Shown: positions 1-12,844 of the stretch, piece after piece
Position numbering within the stretch: position 1 is the stretch's first letter
Layout: each line of letters begins with the position of its first letter
NCBI GenBank assembly: GCA_964016885.1
Contig: OZ024749.1
Span: forward strand, 53,010,001 to 53,074,000
From: Eledone cirrhosa
Taxonomy: Eukaryota
Length of the DNA stretch: 64,000 nt
Direction: 5' to 3'
The notes under the pieces: model-generated
Database searches by the model: none
Seen by the model: only the letters and a program-made list of their open reading frames with translations
What the model was told of the DNA's origin: nothing
Made by a program: the position numbers and the translations under genes

Positions 1-40
1 ATATATATATATATACATACATATATATATATATATACAT

Positions 41-2174
41 ATGGGTATGACATTAAACTACATCCAGTGGCAAGGCTCCAGTTCGGGAGTTCAGGAGATG
101 TGGGGAATGTGGAGTTACCCCTTAGTTGTCATGACTCCCAGGTCTGCCCTGGCCCGGGGTGGTAGTACCTGTTAGGGCTCCATTTATGGGATAAATAACT
201 ACCTTATTCGAGTGGCGCCGGTAAGGTATTGTCAGCCATTGAAAAGAAATATGGAGAGTCGATGTAACAGCACTAGGGTTAGAGCCCCTAATTACGCTGT
301 CAAGGAGCAGCCTGGTCGTTATGACTCTGCTGGCTTAGAGCCACAGAGAGGGCCAGTGGATGATGGATCAGCTGTCTCTGAGACAAATATAAAGAATGCA
401 GTTTTGTCCTGCAGAGGAGCCATCAAAATGGGCACTTTGAATGTGAGGACTATTCGAACGCTGGAGAAGAGAGAGGAGTTGGGACATCTGTTCGAGGAGA
501 GTGGTATACAGATACTTGCGATCCAAGAACACAGGATTCTACACGATGAGCCCGTGAGGAGTGTCATGATTGGGAAGAAGAGCCAGCTCATCACTACATC
601 GGCAGTGAAGAACACAACAAATGCTGCAGTAGGAGGAGTGGGTTTTGTGTTCAGTGCAAAAACAAATCTGTTGGTGAGGGAAATAATGCCTATCTCCCCG
701 CGAGTGTTGAGGGTGACCTTCAATGGAAACCCAAGACTGACAGTCATCTCAGCCTATAGTCCAACCGAGGGGGACAGTGATGTGAATGCCGAGGAGTTCC
801 ATGAGGAGGTGTGTAGGGCTGTCAACACCACTCAGGCACACAATATCCTGCTTGTTTTGGGGGACTTCAATGCACATCTGAGTAAGGAGGGCAGTGAAGA
901 TCCTTGCTGGTACTTCCATAACAACACCAACCGAAATGGAAGACTACTGAGAGACACCCTGCTGGAGGCGAACTTGATGGCGACCAACCTAGGGTTTAGG
1001 AAGAATCTGGGGAAGATGTGGACCTACATCTCAGATGTGCACCTGTCCAAGTCCCAGATTGATTTCATTCTGGTGAGGAAAAAGTGGCGGAATAGTGTTC
1101 TGAACACAGAACCATACAGCTATTTCAGTACACTGGGTAGTGACCACCGGCTTGTTATGAGTGAGGTCCGCGTGAGCTTAAGAAAGAGCAAGGCTCAGCC
1201 CCGGAGAACAATCTATGACTGGGGAGCTTTCAAGGAAGATGTTAAGCTACAGGAGAGGTTCACAGTGGAAGTGAGAAACAGGTTTAGTGCTCTGTGTGGA
1301 GAGTCGGAGGAGAGAGAGATTGGATGGACTGAGGAGAGTGTGACGAGGAGGTACGGGCACTTCACCAATGCAGTGGCGAAAGCAAGTGAAACCCTGGTGC
1401 CGAGGAAAAAGAACAAAGGGAAGCACGTCAGCTCTGCAAACCCAAAAGTGTGTGCAGCCAGAGAACACCTGAAAGCTGCCAGGGACCAATTCTATGCTGA
1501 TCCTACGGAGGAGAGGATGGAGACTGTGGAGGTGATGAGGGAAAAGCTCTGTACAGCTTACACTGAGGTCAGAGAGGAGGCACTGATAGAGAAGATCAGA
1601 AGTGTGGAGAGAGCGGTTGACAGATCTGGATGTAAGGAGAGCTGGATGATCATCAACGAGATCACAGGGAGGAAGAAAAGGTGTTCGAGTCAGATCCAGG
1701 GAACGGGGCCCGAGGATAGGAAGAGGAAATGGCTAGACCATTTTAGGACCCTACTAGGAGAGCCACCCTCCACAGCCCAGAGCACTGGGGAGATCAGGCG
1801 GCTGTTTGAGGAACTGGATGTTGAGACAGAGCCCTTCACCAGAGGGGAGCTTCAGAGAGCCAAGAAGAAGATCAAGGAGGGCAAGGCTCATGGAGAAGAT
1901 GGAGTGGCATCAGAGGTGATGAAGAGGTGTGATTTTGATGATATCATCCTGGGGTTCTGTAACGGGGCACTGGAGAAAGGAGTTGCCCCGAATCAGTGGA
2001 GGATCAGTAACATCGTCCCAGTGCCAAAGAAGGGAGATCTCTCTAACACCAACAACTACCGGGGGATCTCACTGACGTCACTTGTGGCAAAGACCCTCAA
2101 CAGGATGATTCTTAACAGGATCCAGCCTGAGATGGAGAAGAAGCTCAGGGACAACCAGAACGGCTTCAGAGAGG
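41..2174 (+). mobile_element. RTE-like non-LTR retrotransposon: 5' region, AP endonuclease and N-terminal part of RT, 3'-truncated
   Basis: Uninterrupted ORF 212..2230 with APE motifs ([41 protein letters not shown]) and early RT motifs ([23 protein letters not shown]). Homology stops right after QNGFREG, with no YADD. GC content is much higher than the flanks. Confidence 0.9.
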
Positions 2175-2230
2175 GTATTTTGTTAGTAAAACCTACTACA
2201 GCCAGTAGGCATCTCTATGTATTTAGGTAA
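212..2230 (+). CDS. LINE endonuclease-reverse transcriptase ORF (truncated; last ~18 codons come from adjacent sequence)
   Basis: ORF track 672 aa with EEP endonuclease and partial RT motifs. The true start codon is uncertain. Confidence 0.75.
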   Translation: MAPVRYCQPLKRNMESRCNSTRVRAPNYAVKEQPGRYDSAGLEPQRGPVDDGSAVSETNIKNAVLSCRGAIKMGTLNVRTIRTLEKREELGHLFEESGIQILAIQEHRILHDEPVRSVMIGKKSQLITTSAVKNTTNAAVGGVGFVFSAKTNLLVREIMPISPRVLRVTFNGNPRLTVISAYSPTEGDSDVNAEEFHEEVCRAVNTTQAHNILLVLGDFNAHLSKEGSEDPCWYFHNNTNRNGRLLRDTLLEANLMATNLGFRKNLGKMWTYISDVHLSKSQIDFILVRKKWRNSVLNTEPYSYFSTLGSDHRLVMSEVRVSLRKSKAQPRRTIYDWGAFKEDVKLQERFTVEVRNRFSALCGESEEREIGWTEESVTRRYGHFTNAVAKASETLVPRKKNKGKHVSSANPKVCAAREHLKAARDQFYADPTEERMETVEVMREKLCTAYTEVREEALIEKIRSVERAVDRSGCKESWMIINEITGRKKRCSSQIQGTGPEDRKRKWLDHFRTLLGEPPSTAQSTGEIRRLFEELDVETEPFTRGELQRAKKKIKEGKAHGEDGVASEVMKRCDFDDIILGFCNGALEKGVAPNQWRISNIVPVPKKGDLSNTNNYRGISLTSLVAKTLNRMILNRIQPEMEKKLRDNQNGFREGILLVKPTTASRHLYVFR

Positions 2231-2292
2231 GGCGGGTCTTCTCTGTTACTGAGTACCGCCAAAGGTCTCGGTCCAGTGACATTGTCTTGACA
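2175..2292 (-). mobile_element. inverted fragment of an RTE-type 3' end
   Basis: Minus strand reads [19 protein letters not shown], similar to the sequence at 32925-32975 (gaccgtgacctctggcg...agaagaccc). Confidence 0.5.
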
Positions 2293-2804
2293 TACATATA
2301 TATACATACATATATATACATATATATATATACATACATACATATATATATACGTACATATATATATATATATACATACAATATATATATATACATGTGT
2401 GTGTGTATATATGTATATAAAGCCAGGGTTGATCCAATTCATCTTTATTATCAAAGATAACTAACTAACTCTATTAGATTCATGTAGGTATATTTCTTTT
2501 TCATTTAGAAAAACCTTCTTTTGTTGCCTGCTCTGAAATATGATCTTTTAATATACAGTTCCAATTCAAAATAAAAGATATAAAGAGTTATTGTTGAAAT
2601 TTACATTGAATAAAATGACAGGTGCATCTCATTATCTTGTCTTCTTCTAAAATGGGTCATTTGTTAAGAATTCAGTTATTTTCAGATAGCAGTCAGTTAA
2701 GTTGGTAAGCTGCTAAATTAGTGTGAGAACACAAGCTTTATCTTTACTATCATAGATTTGACCAACTGTGAGGTCTCATCTTTGTTAAAGTCAAGGTTGT
2801 TTTA

Positions 2805-2980
2805 ATAATTGTTTCTACTTTAGGCACAAGGCCAGCAATTACCCAGTACATTTCTGGTACTTTATTTTATCGACCCCGTAAGGATGAAAGGCAAAGTTAA
2901 CCTCGGCGGGATTTGAACTCAGACCGTAAATCTATGCGTCAAAGCATGGCGTCCGACCCTCTACCGATACTGCCAATCCA
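2805..2980 (-). mobile_element. tRNA-derived SINE, family 1 (Meta-like central domain)
   Basis: Minus strand has A box TGGCAGTATCGG, B box GAGTTCAAATCC, core ...ctttgcctttcatccttacggggtcgataaaataaagtacc... and an ATT-type tail. About 20 copies in the window. Confidence 0.85.
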
Positions 2981-3319
2981 AGGCCCTTAATAATAATAAT
3001 AACAACAACAATAATAAAACACAGTCAGACACATAACGAAAACTCCAGGGCTTACAAATATATACAGCATTACTAGGCACTGTACACATTATTTAGAGTA
3101 CCCCAGGACTTACATATATACAGCATACAGAAAGTAACACTACTAGGCACCACAAACATATTACAAACAGTACTTTCAATACAAAAAAAACACCACCACC
3201 AAAAACCACACATATCGAAGTCGCACAGAACTGCGCTCGGTAACAGTGGTAATGTGCAACATAATAATGATGATGATAATAATAATATTATTACTGTAAA
3301 CAGTACATGGATTAATAAA

Positions 3320-3750
3320 AGAGATAGGCATGAAATTTGCACCAGAAAAATATGCCAAGGCAACTCTGAAAAGAAGAAAATTAGAGAAAATCTCTGATAT
3401 CACACGAGATAAAGAAACTGAGATAAGAGAACTAGATCAAACAAATAGGAATCAGTGGACTAGACAGGGTTCAACACACACAAATGAAAGAAAAGATTAG
3501 AATTCTACTTAAGACAGAACTAAATACAAAGGATAAGGTAAGAATTGATACACTAGTGATACCAGTAATACACTACAGTTTTAATAATCTGAACTGGACA
3601 CTAAAAGAAATATCAGGAATAGTAGACAGAAAAACAAGAAAAAATAATGATTTCATTTAGAATACACCACCCCAAATCAGATGTAGAAATATAACTACCA
3701 CGAACATAAGGAGATAGAGGCCTTATGCAGTGAAAATAACTACTGTAAGA
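3320..3750 (+). mobile_element. decayed R4/Dong-like LINE RT C-terminal fragment
   Basis: Frameshifted remnants IGMKF..K.AKATLK, HTQMKEKIR, LKTELN, YSFNNLNWTLKE, HHPKSDVE, RGLMQ, next to a (TAA)n tract. Confidence 0.6.
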
Positions 3751-5969
3751 CTACAAAAATATGTGCAAGATATTTTGTTTGTGAGTGCCCCTACCCCTTC
3801 CTTCTTCCCTTTAATCTAATAATTACTGTTGATTATTGATAACCAATCAACTGAAAGACGAGAAAACTGATGAGATAACCTTTGTAATGAGACAATAAAG
3901 TAATGTGTTTAGAGCAACTGATTGTCACATTATGTGCAAATATATATACATATATACACACATATATATTTATATATATATATACATACACACACACACA
4001 CATATATGCACGCATACATACATCCACATGCACACAATGAAATAAACTTTAAAAAGATTCCATCCCTGGAAAGTATTCTATTGATAGTGATTATAAAATA
4101 GGATTCCGAGACTGGGTGGAGAATTTACAATTCTAATGTTTATAGGTTAAGAAAATGTCAAAGGTAGCAAGTTTTACGACACCAAAGCAGAAAGAGATAA
4201 ATATAGTAAAGATGAGATGTGTAATTATTATATAAAAGACTAAGATTACCATTCTTGGGAACCAGTAACCTTTTTTTTGCTGTAATTAATTATTTCAATT
4301 TGGTCTGTTCTGATAATTCTGAAGACTCGCTTATTTTTAAGAACCACTTGACTTCTGTCAAACCCTTTTTATGAAACTTAAGAACTAAATTCAACATTTG
4401 TCTATATGTTGCAACAATTATCCCTCAGGAGGGGTTGGCGCTAACATTAGGTTTTGTTTTTCATCCAGCAGGGTGTGTCCTAATATCGCCCCCTCCCCCC
4501 TATGTGACAAATCAAGCCTGTTGAGGTTGCTGGCTTAGTCTGATGACCCAACCACACATACATACATACAAATTCATAAACTAGGTGGGGCTGAAAAGTT
4601 CATAAGCTGACTATGAAGGAGTGATGCTAGAGCTGTGAAATCTTGTATCCATTAATTTCAACTTTATTTTTTTTTTTATTCATAACTGGATTGTTTCTTT
4701 CTAGAGACTATATTGAAAAAAAAATAACATCAATCTAAAGAGAAAATGACTATATTACTAAAACCCTCCAAATTCTTCATTTTTCAACGTGTCTTTTATT
4801 AGAAATATGGTAACAAAAGAGCTCATAATGACAAAGCCAGTTATATTACTAAATCTTTTTAAATTCTTGATTATTTTCCAAATTATTTTAAAACCATAGG
4901 CAGAGTCTTTCGTTAGAAATATGGTAACAAAAGGGTTGATAATGAAAAAGTTCTATTTCTAAATGCCATCAAATTCTTTATCTTTTAAATTTCTTGAAGA
5001 ACATTGGCAGTATCTCATTAGAAATAGGGTAATGAAAGAGTTAATATGATAAAGCTAGTTATATTACTAAATCTCACCAAATTCTTGATTATTTTCAACA
5101 TTACTTGAAAACCCAAAGACAGTCTTTTATTAGAAATATGGTAACAAATGAAAAAAAAAAAAATGAAAAATTCTAAAAGCAAAGGAATATTTACAGATAA
5201 TGTCAAGAAAAAAAGAAAAAAAAAGGTTTATAATATTGGCCAACAACAACTACAATTACTTAGAATTTGTTTTTCTAATGTCAACAATTTGTTTGTACTA
5301 TAACTTGAAGGATCTATCTGACAAATTAGATTCTTTTGACCTTCAAGTAGCTCGGTTGAGAAATAATGTGCTGATAACATTTGATTTTGGCAAACATTCT
5401 ATATAAACTGGCTTTTGACATGAATAAGGAGTTATTTAGTGGCCATTTATTTTAAGTTGGTGTTTATTACAATTATTTTATTGTATATAAACAATTTACA
5501 AAAAAGGTAGATATAATACGAACCCTTGACAGTCAGTTAAGATATTCCAAAAGATGGCATATGTTCCTACTAAAATAAATAAACACACATTATCTCCTTA
5601 ATCTACATAAGAGATAGGGGAGAGTAAATTACCCCAAATGAGGTGAAATTTAAAAAAACAAAAAGACCCACCCCCTTTCCCTCCAATACATATTACATGG
5701 GGGATATTTTTCTTGGAGCCTTTGACATACTCTTATACTTATTTCAGTTGACAGACTGAGGCCCTGCTGGGGCACCACCATGTGTAAGGCACTAAAGGGT
5801 TTTTATTGTTTGACACTTTAGGCTGATATTTTTGGTGTTTATTTTCATTTTGTTTTATGTAAATTGTTATAAAAATATTTAGCAATTTATGTATTTCTCT
5901 TTGAAAGTTTAATTATCTCTTCCATGATGTGTATTTCTAATGAATTACACTTTATTTCAATCAATTTAA

Positions 5970-6170
5970 CCCTTTAGTATTTCCATTACTCTATATTTAC
6001 TATTGTATTTTCACGGTAAAGTCTTTAACTCACATAATATCCAATCTACAAGATTTTGATGTTATTTATTTTGAGAACAATACCTTAATGTCAGTACGAG
6101 TGGCTGGTTTGAACAGGAAAGAGGTGAGAGAATTCTGGCCAGATACGGCTGGTTTAAATATGCTAGAGGA
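5970..6170 (+). mobile_element. piggyBac-type TTAA MITE, family A
   Basis: ttaaCCCTTTAG... start, internal sequence shared with copies at 26001, 27261, 30117, 48671 and 57330. Confidence 0.7.
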
Positions 6171-7260
6171 TTAATGAAGAATTTTGAGGAATTTATTAAA
6201 ATTATTCATAATTTTATAGGTAGCAAATTTGCTCCATTGTTAGAATGTCAGATATAATACTTTATGGCATTTGTTCTGGCTGTTCTCTGAATTCAAATCT
6301 TGTCGAGGTGAACTTTGCCTTTCATCCTTTTGTGGTCAGTAAAAAAAATGACCTGTCAAGTATTGGAGTTAATTCTTCCTCTATATCTCTTTCTCACACA
6401 AACACATTCTCAGGAAGTAACTGTCTGAGTTAAAACCTAGAGAAGGGTTGGGCTGTGCCAGGTTTAAAAAATGTCCAAGACACACTGGATGTCACTGACA
6501 TCTCTACAACTTCAAAGCGAACTAAAGACAGAAGAAAAAAGAAAAAGAAGGTTGAAATTTGAAGGAGATTTTTAGTTATCAGTTTCAACTTAATCTGTTG
6601 ACGTGACTTTGCTAAAATATTGTTTTATCATTCTCTCTAATCTAGAAAACTGTTTATGTTCTCCTGTATTTCTGAAACATTCTACGTAATAACGTGGCCA
6701 ATTGGGTTGTTAGAATATTTTGTGGTATTTCTGGCTCTCAGGTCAAATCCAACTGAGGTCAACTTTACCTTTCATCTTTTTGAGGTTGATATTAAAGAAC
6801 CACTCCAAGGCTTCCATCGACTTTTAGCGCTCTGCACCTTTTATGCAGCCACCATCCTTCATACACATCACATGTCCATACCTGCCCCATCTTTCCTGCA
6901 CACATTTCATTCCTCTTATGCCTAGTTTCTCTCAGTTTGTTTATGCTATATTACTACTACACATCAGAGCAGCAGGCTTCATTTCTTTCCAGCTTCCGTA
7001 AGTCTTCTGCACACACCACCCATGTCTCACTGCCATTTGTATGCACACATCATACATTCTAACACATTTGTTAATAAGAATAGTTTGAACAATCTCAAAA
7101 AACAAACACTACAAGCTTGAGTGCACATTAAAAATTTATTTACATGATTGTACAGTGAAGAAAACCTTTCACCTCAGCAATACTTGTCTTGCTGCAGTCT
7201 CCTGTTTTGATTTTATTTTGTTGTAAGTTTTACAGAGAAACAATATAGCATAGAAGAAGA

Positions 7261-7440
7261 AATATTTCTTCAGTTAACTGAAAGACTCAAATTCTATGCC
7301 ATTTACCAGAATATTATATAACTTAATATTTCTTCAATTAACTGAAAGGTCCAAATTTTATGCCATTTACCAGAATATTATTTAACTTAATATTATTTTT
7401 TCAGTTAACTGAAAGACTCAAATTTTATGCCATTTATCGG
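7261..7440. repeat. about 3 tandem copies of a ~62-bp unit containing the palindrome TTCAGTTAACTGAA
   Basis: Direct inspection. Confidence 0.7.
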
Positions 7441-7939
7441 AATCAGGAAAAATAAAATAACTCAGTTTTGTAATGGCGTTGTGTAGTGTAGAAAAAAGCC
7501 TATCAACTGAATTTATTGATATTAGACAAAATATTACACTAAAAACGTGTAAACAAACACCTAAGAGGGCCCATCATTTGCTACACACGACTGAAACATT
7601 TTTAATATGTAGACTACTACTACTACTACTAGTAATAGTAGTAGTAGTAGTAGTAGCTGTAGTAGTCCTCAGTGTTTTTAACTCAGTAATTTTAAGTGAG
7701 CAATTTCAAGTTTACTCAGTGGCTTAATAACAATAACAACTATATATGATGACGATGGTGATGAAGGTAAATAATGTTGGAGATGATGATGATGATGGTG
7801 GTGATAGCTATATAGTTTTACAGAAATGATGGCCACTCTTAAGTTGTTGTCGTCGTCTTAGACACATCCCCATTAAATATACTGAATGTCATTAAACACG
7901 TGTAACTGACCCTCGTGGCCAATAAAGACATTATTATTA

Positions 7940-8056
7940 TTAACCTTTGGCATGCTAGTAATTTTTATGAGTTTTTTCCCCTTGACACTGCATTATCTAT
8001 TGAGGGGAGAATACTCATATGGCGCCGTGTGTTGCCCACAGCATGCTGAAGGTTAA
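7940..8056 (+). mobile_element. short TTAA-flanked MITE, family B
   Basis: ttaaCCTT..GCATGCT ... AGCATGCTGAAGGttaa termini. A second copy lies at about 29065-29163. Confidence 0.6.
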
Positions 8057-8602
8057 ACATCTTTGAAGAAGTCTTCTCATTATTAAACACATTTTTGGCC
8101 CATGTGGCCGATAAGGACATTATTATTATTATTATTATTATTATCATTATTATTATTATTAAACATCTTTCAAGTGTTCTCAGTGCCTGTGAGAAAAGAT
8201 TTATAGAAAATAACTCTATAGGAAATTCAAAAATAATATAGAAGCATATTGTTTTTCAGGTTTATCAAAACTTCAACTGATACCAACTTTTTATTATTTT
8301 TAGAGCCTCAAGCCTCAAAATGGTGGAGAGAGAGGGAATGGTTAGCAGATGGTGGAATGAAGATGAATTTCATAATATATTTTATTTAATGATTTAACAG
8401 GAAGACTTTGCACTGGCACACACGCACACACACACACACACACACACTCTCTCTATCACACACACACATGCTCACTTCTATATATATATATGTATGTGTG
8501 TGTGTATAAACATATTCTATTCACACTTTAGATGCTAAAATGTGCATGTAAGCACTAATTGACATCATTTAGCAGTCTTAATATCTCTGGAATAATAATA
8601 AT

Positions 8603-8824
8603 AATGGTTTCTGATTTAGGCACAAGGCCAGCAATTTGAAGGAGAGGGGAAGGGAAAGTCAATTAAATTGACCCCAGTACATTACTGGTACTTTATTTTA
8701 TCGACCCCGTAAGGATGAAAGGTAAAGCTAACCTTGGCGGGATTTGAACGCAGAACGTAAAGGGCCATAACTATGCTGCAAAGCATATTGTCCGATGCTC
8801 CACCGAATCTGCCAATCCACTGCC
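8603..8824 (-). mobile_element. tRNA-derived SINE, family 1
   Basis: Same A/B boxes and core as the copy at 2805. Confidence 0.8.
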
Positions 8825-9062
8825 TTCTAATAATAATTCTATAAACTAATTTGAATATTCATTATGAAAAAGAAACTAATGTTAAGTATCAGTTAAATAG
8901 GAAGAGTCACTGACATCAAACACACATTATATATATATATATATATATATATAATCATCATTGTTTAACATCCATTTTCCACACTAGCATGGGTAGGACG
9001 GGCTATCCCTTTGTGAGAGATCAGGTTGGGGGACCTTGTTTCACTCATATATATACAGATAT

Positions 9063-9690
9063 ATGTATCTTGTGCATCAATACACTGCATGCATCTAATG
9101 CACCGACACATTACATGTATCTTGTGCATCAATACACTGCATGCATCTAATGCACCGACACATTACATGTATCTTGTGCATCAATACACTGCATGCATCT
9201 AATGCACCGACACATTACATGTATCTTGTGCATCAATACACTGCATGCATCTAATGCACCGACACATTACATGTATCTTGTGCATCAATACACTGCATGC
9301 ATCTAATGCACCGACACATTACATGTATCTTGTGCATCAATACACTGCATGCATCTAATGCACCGACACATTACATGTATCTTGTGCATCAATACACTGC
9401 ATGCATCTAATGCACCGACACATTACATGTATCTTGTGCATCAATACACTGCATGCATCTAATGCACCGACACATTACATGTATCTTGTGCATCAGTACA
9501 CTGCATGCATTACACTGCACCGGCACATTACATGTATCTTGTGCATCAATACACTGCACCGACACATTACATGTATCTTGTGCATCAATACACTGCATGC
9601 ATTACACTGCACCGACACATTACATGTATCTTGTGCATCAATACACTGCACGCATTACACTGCACCGACACATTACATGTATCTTGTGCA
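9063..9690. repeat. 52-bp minisatellite, about 12 copies
   Basis: Unit atgtatcttgtgcatcaatacactgcatgcatctaatgcaccgacacattac, period 52 (9063->9115). Confidence 0.95.
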
Positions 9691-10024
9691 CTGGTCCAGT
9701 GTCTCTGATGAAATTGAAAAAAAAAAGGATATAAAAAAAAAACCTAAAAACAAAACAAACCCCACCTCACCAAACCAACGGAGCATTTCTGAGAAGCCTG
9801 TGTGCATCAGGTGTTGATGGCTAAGGTGAGAGATTGATCTGAAATGTCAACAATATACCTCTATATTATAGTATTGGTAGGGGTGGGGGGCGTCTGTAAG
9901 TAAGTATTGCTGATATTACAAGAAAAATGTTCTGGTATTAGAGTTGCTTGGATGAGAGGCACTACAATAGAAGGTACAGCCAGCCTGAAATGAGAAGATG
10001 AAAGACAAAGAGAGAAAAACCATT

Positions 10025-10174
10025 TCATTTCCGACCACAGCTTCCAGATGCTCCTGTTGAATTTCGCAACTTGTCTACTATATTACACAACTTCAGAACA
10101 GGTCCTAATTTTAGTCCCAAGTACTTCATCATCATATCACTGTTGAGCAACAGGAGGGCTTTACCATCGATTTC
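10025..10174 (-). CDS. Scm: Polycomb Scm/SCMH1-like, last coding exon (SAM domain C-terminal half)
   Basis: ttag|[49 protein letters not shown], the classic Scm SAM/SPM motif. Confidence 0.95.
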   Translation of the reverse strand, partial: EIDGKALLLLNSDMMMKYLGLKLGPVLKLCNIVDKLRNSTGASGSCGRK

Positions 10175-10788
10175 CTAAGGTAAAACAAATAACATATTAT
10201 ATATATATATTAATTATCTATTAAAATAACAGATTAAAGTTTAAGCAAAGAATCGCTGCTTTCACTCTTAATGGGATCTACTGAAACTAAAAAAAAAAAA
10301 TCTGTCTGGACGCAGATATAAATATTTCGAAAAATGTTGCAACCGAAGGAAAACAGGAAGACGATTTTAGTCTTCATTATTATTATTATTACTATTTTAT
10401 ATATATATATATATACACACACACAAGTCATTAAAATAATGAAAAATAAAGCTTCAACTAGACAATGAAATGCTAACTAAAAAAGGTGTCAATATACACA
10501 AACAACTATTTCATTCCACCACCACTACAGAGTGTACTGGGTACATTTCATCGTGTAGATCACCAATACTAGGGAGGTGTTGTGCCTTTGATACAAATGA
10601 GTCCTCTCAAACCTGTATGATATGGATGCTACAGCTGTATACCCATCTTATTACTAACCACTTTACAGAGTGTACTGGATGTGTTTTATTTAGACCCAAA
10701 CATTATTTCCATCCATATTCTGATTTCAATCTGAATAGGTAATCAATAATCTATAATTTAGGCAGTCTGATGAGGAAACAGAACTTAC

Positions 10789-10928
10789 ATGTTTCCGGAA
10801 AATTTCTGTGTGTGGTTTGAGAGCTGGGTCTGTGTCACAAATATGGTTTATGACATCATCAATTGACCAATCTGAGGGATCAGTTGAAACTTTGTGAGGA
10901 GGTCTGTGATCTGATGTGGTAGAACTGG
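10789..10928 (-). CDS. Scm: Scm-like exon (SAM N-terminal half)
   Basis: acag|..STDPSDWSIDDVINHICDTDPALKPHTEIFRKH|gtaagt, phase 1->0. Confidence 0.93.
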
Positions 10929-11416
10929 CTGTAATTAGAAGAAACAAAGATATCATACAACAGAACGAGGAGAGGATATGTAACATTTTAATATATGGTA
11001 GTGTTAGAACTATATCATTTAATGTCGACTTTGTTCAAGTTTTAGAGCAAGAGAGACAAAACACAGACAGTTATAGAGAAACACAAATTTTAACAATTTA
11101 TAATTCAACATTTAATTAATGTTATCATAAAAAATAAAGATCTAAAACTACAGAAATAAAAATATTACTACATAAAATATATTAAGAGAAGGAGAGATAT
11201 ACTAAAAAAATGTAGGACACAGTCAATAAAACGTGTTTATAAAAAGGGGACAGCCCTAATTAATATTATAAATATATATAAAAAAGAGGACTCCCTAATT
11301 AAAATTATGAATATATAAAAAAGGAGACTCTCTAATTAAAGTTATAAACATATATATAAAAAGGGACAACCCTAAGTTATAAATATATAAAAAGGGAACA
11401 AGCCTTCATCACTAAC

Positions 11417-11563
11417 CTTCAGCCTCATAAGCAGACATTTTTCTTTGGATTTTGTGCATCCGAATACCTTTCTGACTGTCAATGGATTCATTGGAATACC
11501 TGCGCCGTGGAGTCTTGTGATGACGACAGTCTCGTGATTCTCGAGGTTCAGGACTGTCTTCTT
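11417..11563 (-). CDS. Scm: Scm-like exon (linker)
   Basis: atag|EEDSPEPRESRDCRHHKTPRRRYSNESIDSQKGIRMHKIQRKMSAYEAE|gttagt, 147 nt, symmetric phase 1. Confidence 0.85.
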
Positions 11564-11989
11564 CTATACAACAAATATAGAAGAACAACATACTTTATAT
11601 ACATAATATACATACATGTGTGTGTGTGTGTGAGACAGCTCACTCCTATGCAGGTTTAGCTGGTATATCTCGTTGGAGGTGTCTTGGGTAATTTAATGAT
11701 AGGGACCCCAGTCCTATCATCTTATTTCTGTATGAGGTGAGGGTAGGGGTGTATAATACAGAAATCTCATTCTCGAGACATTTCAGGATTACAGAGTGAT
11801 GTTAATATGTATGAATGGCAAAGTATGGATTGGCTGAGGAAACCCCACTGCTTCCCAGGATATAAGAGGAATCAAATGAAGTGTGTAAGAGAGAAGATGG
11901 CACTGGTATTTTAATACAATGAGTTCTTAATTATGTGAATGTTATAAAACAGTTATAGATGTTCTGAGTGAGAAAAGCAGCTTCCATAC

Positions 11990-12172
11990 CTATTTTAATA
12001 CGATGAGTGCTAATTTTTAGGCACTTTGAGCATCGACCTTCTAAAGGTTGGCTGGATAGGAAATTCTCGCAACAGCCAAGCTCTTCCATCATGCCTTCTA
12101 AGTAGCTCCAGAAGTCAGAGATTTTGAATGCTGATGGGAGGCGTTTTGTGTAAGTTTTGTTTCCATTATTTG
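11990..12172 (-). CDS. Scm: Scm-like exon (SLED/DUF3588 C-terminal part)
   Basis: ttcag|ANNGNKTYTKRLPSAFKISDFWSYLEGMMEELGCCENFLSSQPLEGRCSKCLKISTHRIKI|gtatgg, 183 nt. Confidence 0.9.
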
Positions 12173-12282
12173 CTGAAAATTTAAGAGAAATTTTAGAATA
12201 TAAAAAAAAAAACAACCAAAAACCCAAACATAAAAACAACAAACAAACTTAGATAAAGATATATATATATATATATATATAG

Positions 12283-12615
12283 TACAGGGTACCCGACCTC
12301 CCATGGGTACATGCTGAAGCATATAAACAATATGCCCCCCCCCCCCCCCACCGCAAGGTGGTCGTGGAGGTGCCACGGCAAAAAAGCACCCAGCCCACAC
12401 TGTAAAGTGGACGTGTAGGCGCCACGAAAAAGCACCCAGCACTCACTGTAAATGAGGTTGGTGTTAGGAAGGGCATCCAGCTGTAGAAATCAAGCCAAAA
12501 TCAGTTCCTGTATGAGCAAGGCATGGTCAGCCGACCAGACACTGCCCACAACAGGACAACCCGTCTAACCCATGCTAGCGTGGAAGAACGGACGTAAAAC
12601 GGTGATGATGATGAT
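12283..12615 (+). mobile_element. RTE-related SINE/LINE 3' end with (GAT)n tail
   Basis: ttggtgttaggaagggcatccagctgtagaaa...aacccatgctagcgtggaagaacggacgtaaaac(gat)n. A near-identical copy lies at 32915-33303 and partial copies at 32630 and 48530. Confidence 0.75.
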
Positions 12616-12629
12616 AGTATAAGAATAAA

Positions 12630-12760
12630 GGAACAAAGAATCAGTGTTGCATCATAACATATTTAATAAGATAACATGTTTCACTGTCAATCAGCTCGAG
12701 GAATGATCTGTCATTGATTGAACCCGACTCTGTAATCGAAAGATCGTCAGATATGACTCC
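12630..12760 (-). mobile_element. degenerate copy of the long-stem-II hammerhead element
   Basis: Minus strand: catatCTGACGAtctttcgattacagagtcgggttcaatc...ctcgagctgattgacagtGAAACatgt, homologous to the 53204 and 61034 copies. Stem I is decayed. Confidence 0.6.
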
Positions 12761-12844
12761 GTATCTGATCTCATCTCCGATTCTGTGTGCGAAATTCTCC
12801 AGCCTGTTGATATATTCATCATCATCAGTCTATATATCATATTG

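Noticed and set aside
60-200. HDV-like ribozyme in the LINE 5'UTR (GGCTCCA/TGGAGTT could form P1)
   Set aside because: The P3/L3, P1.1 and J4/2 elements could not be placed in the required order by eye. A covariance-model search would be needed.
5303-5350. Hairpin acttgaagg...ccttcaagt as a pre-miRNA
   Set aside because: Only about 9+4 bp of stem with large bulges, too weak.
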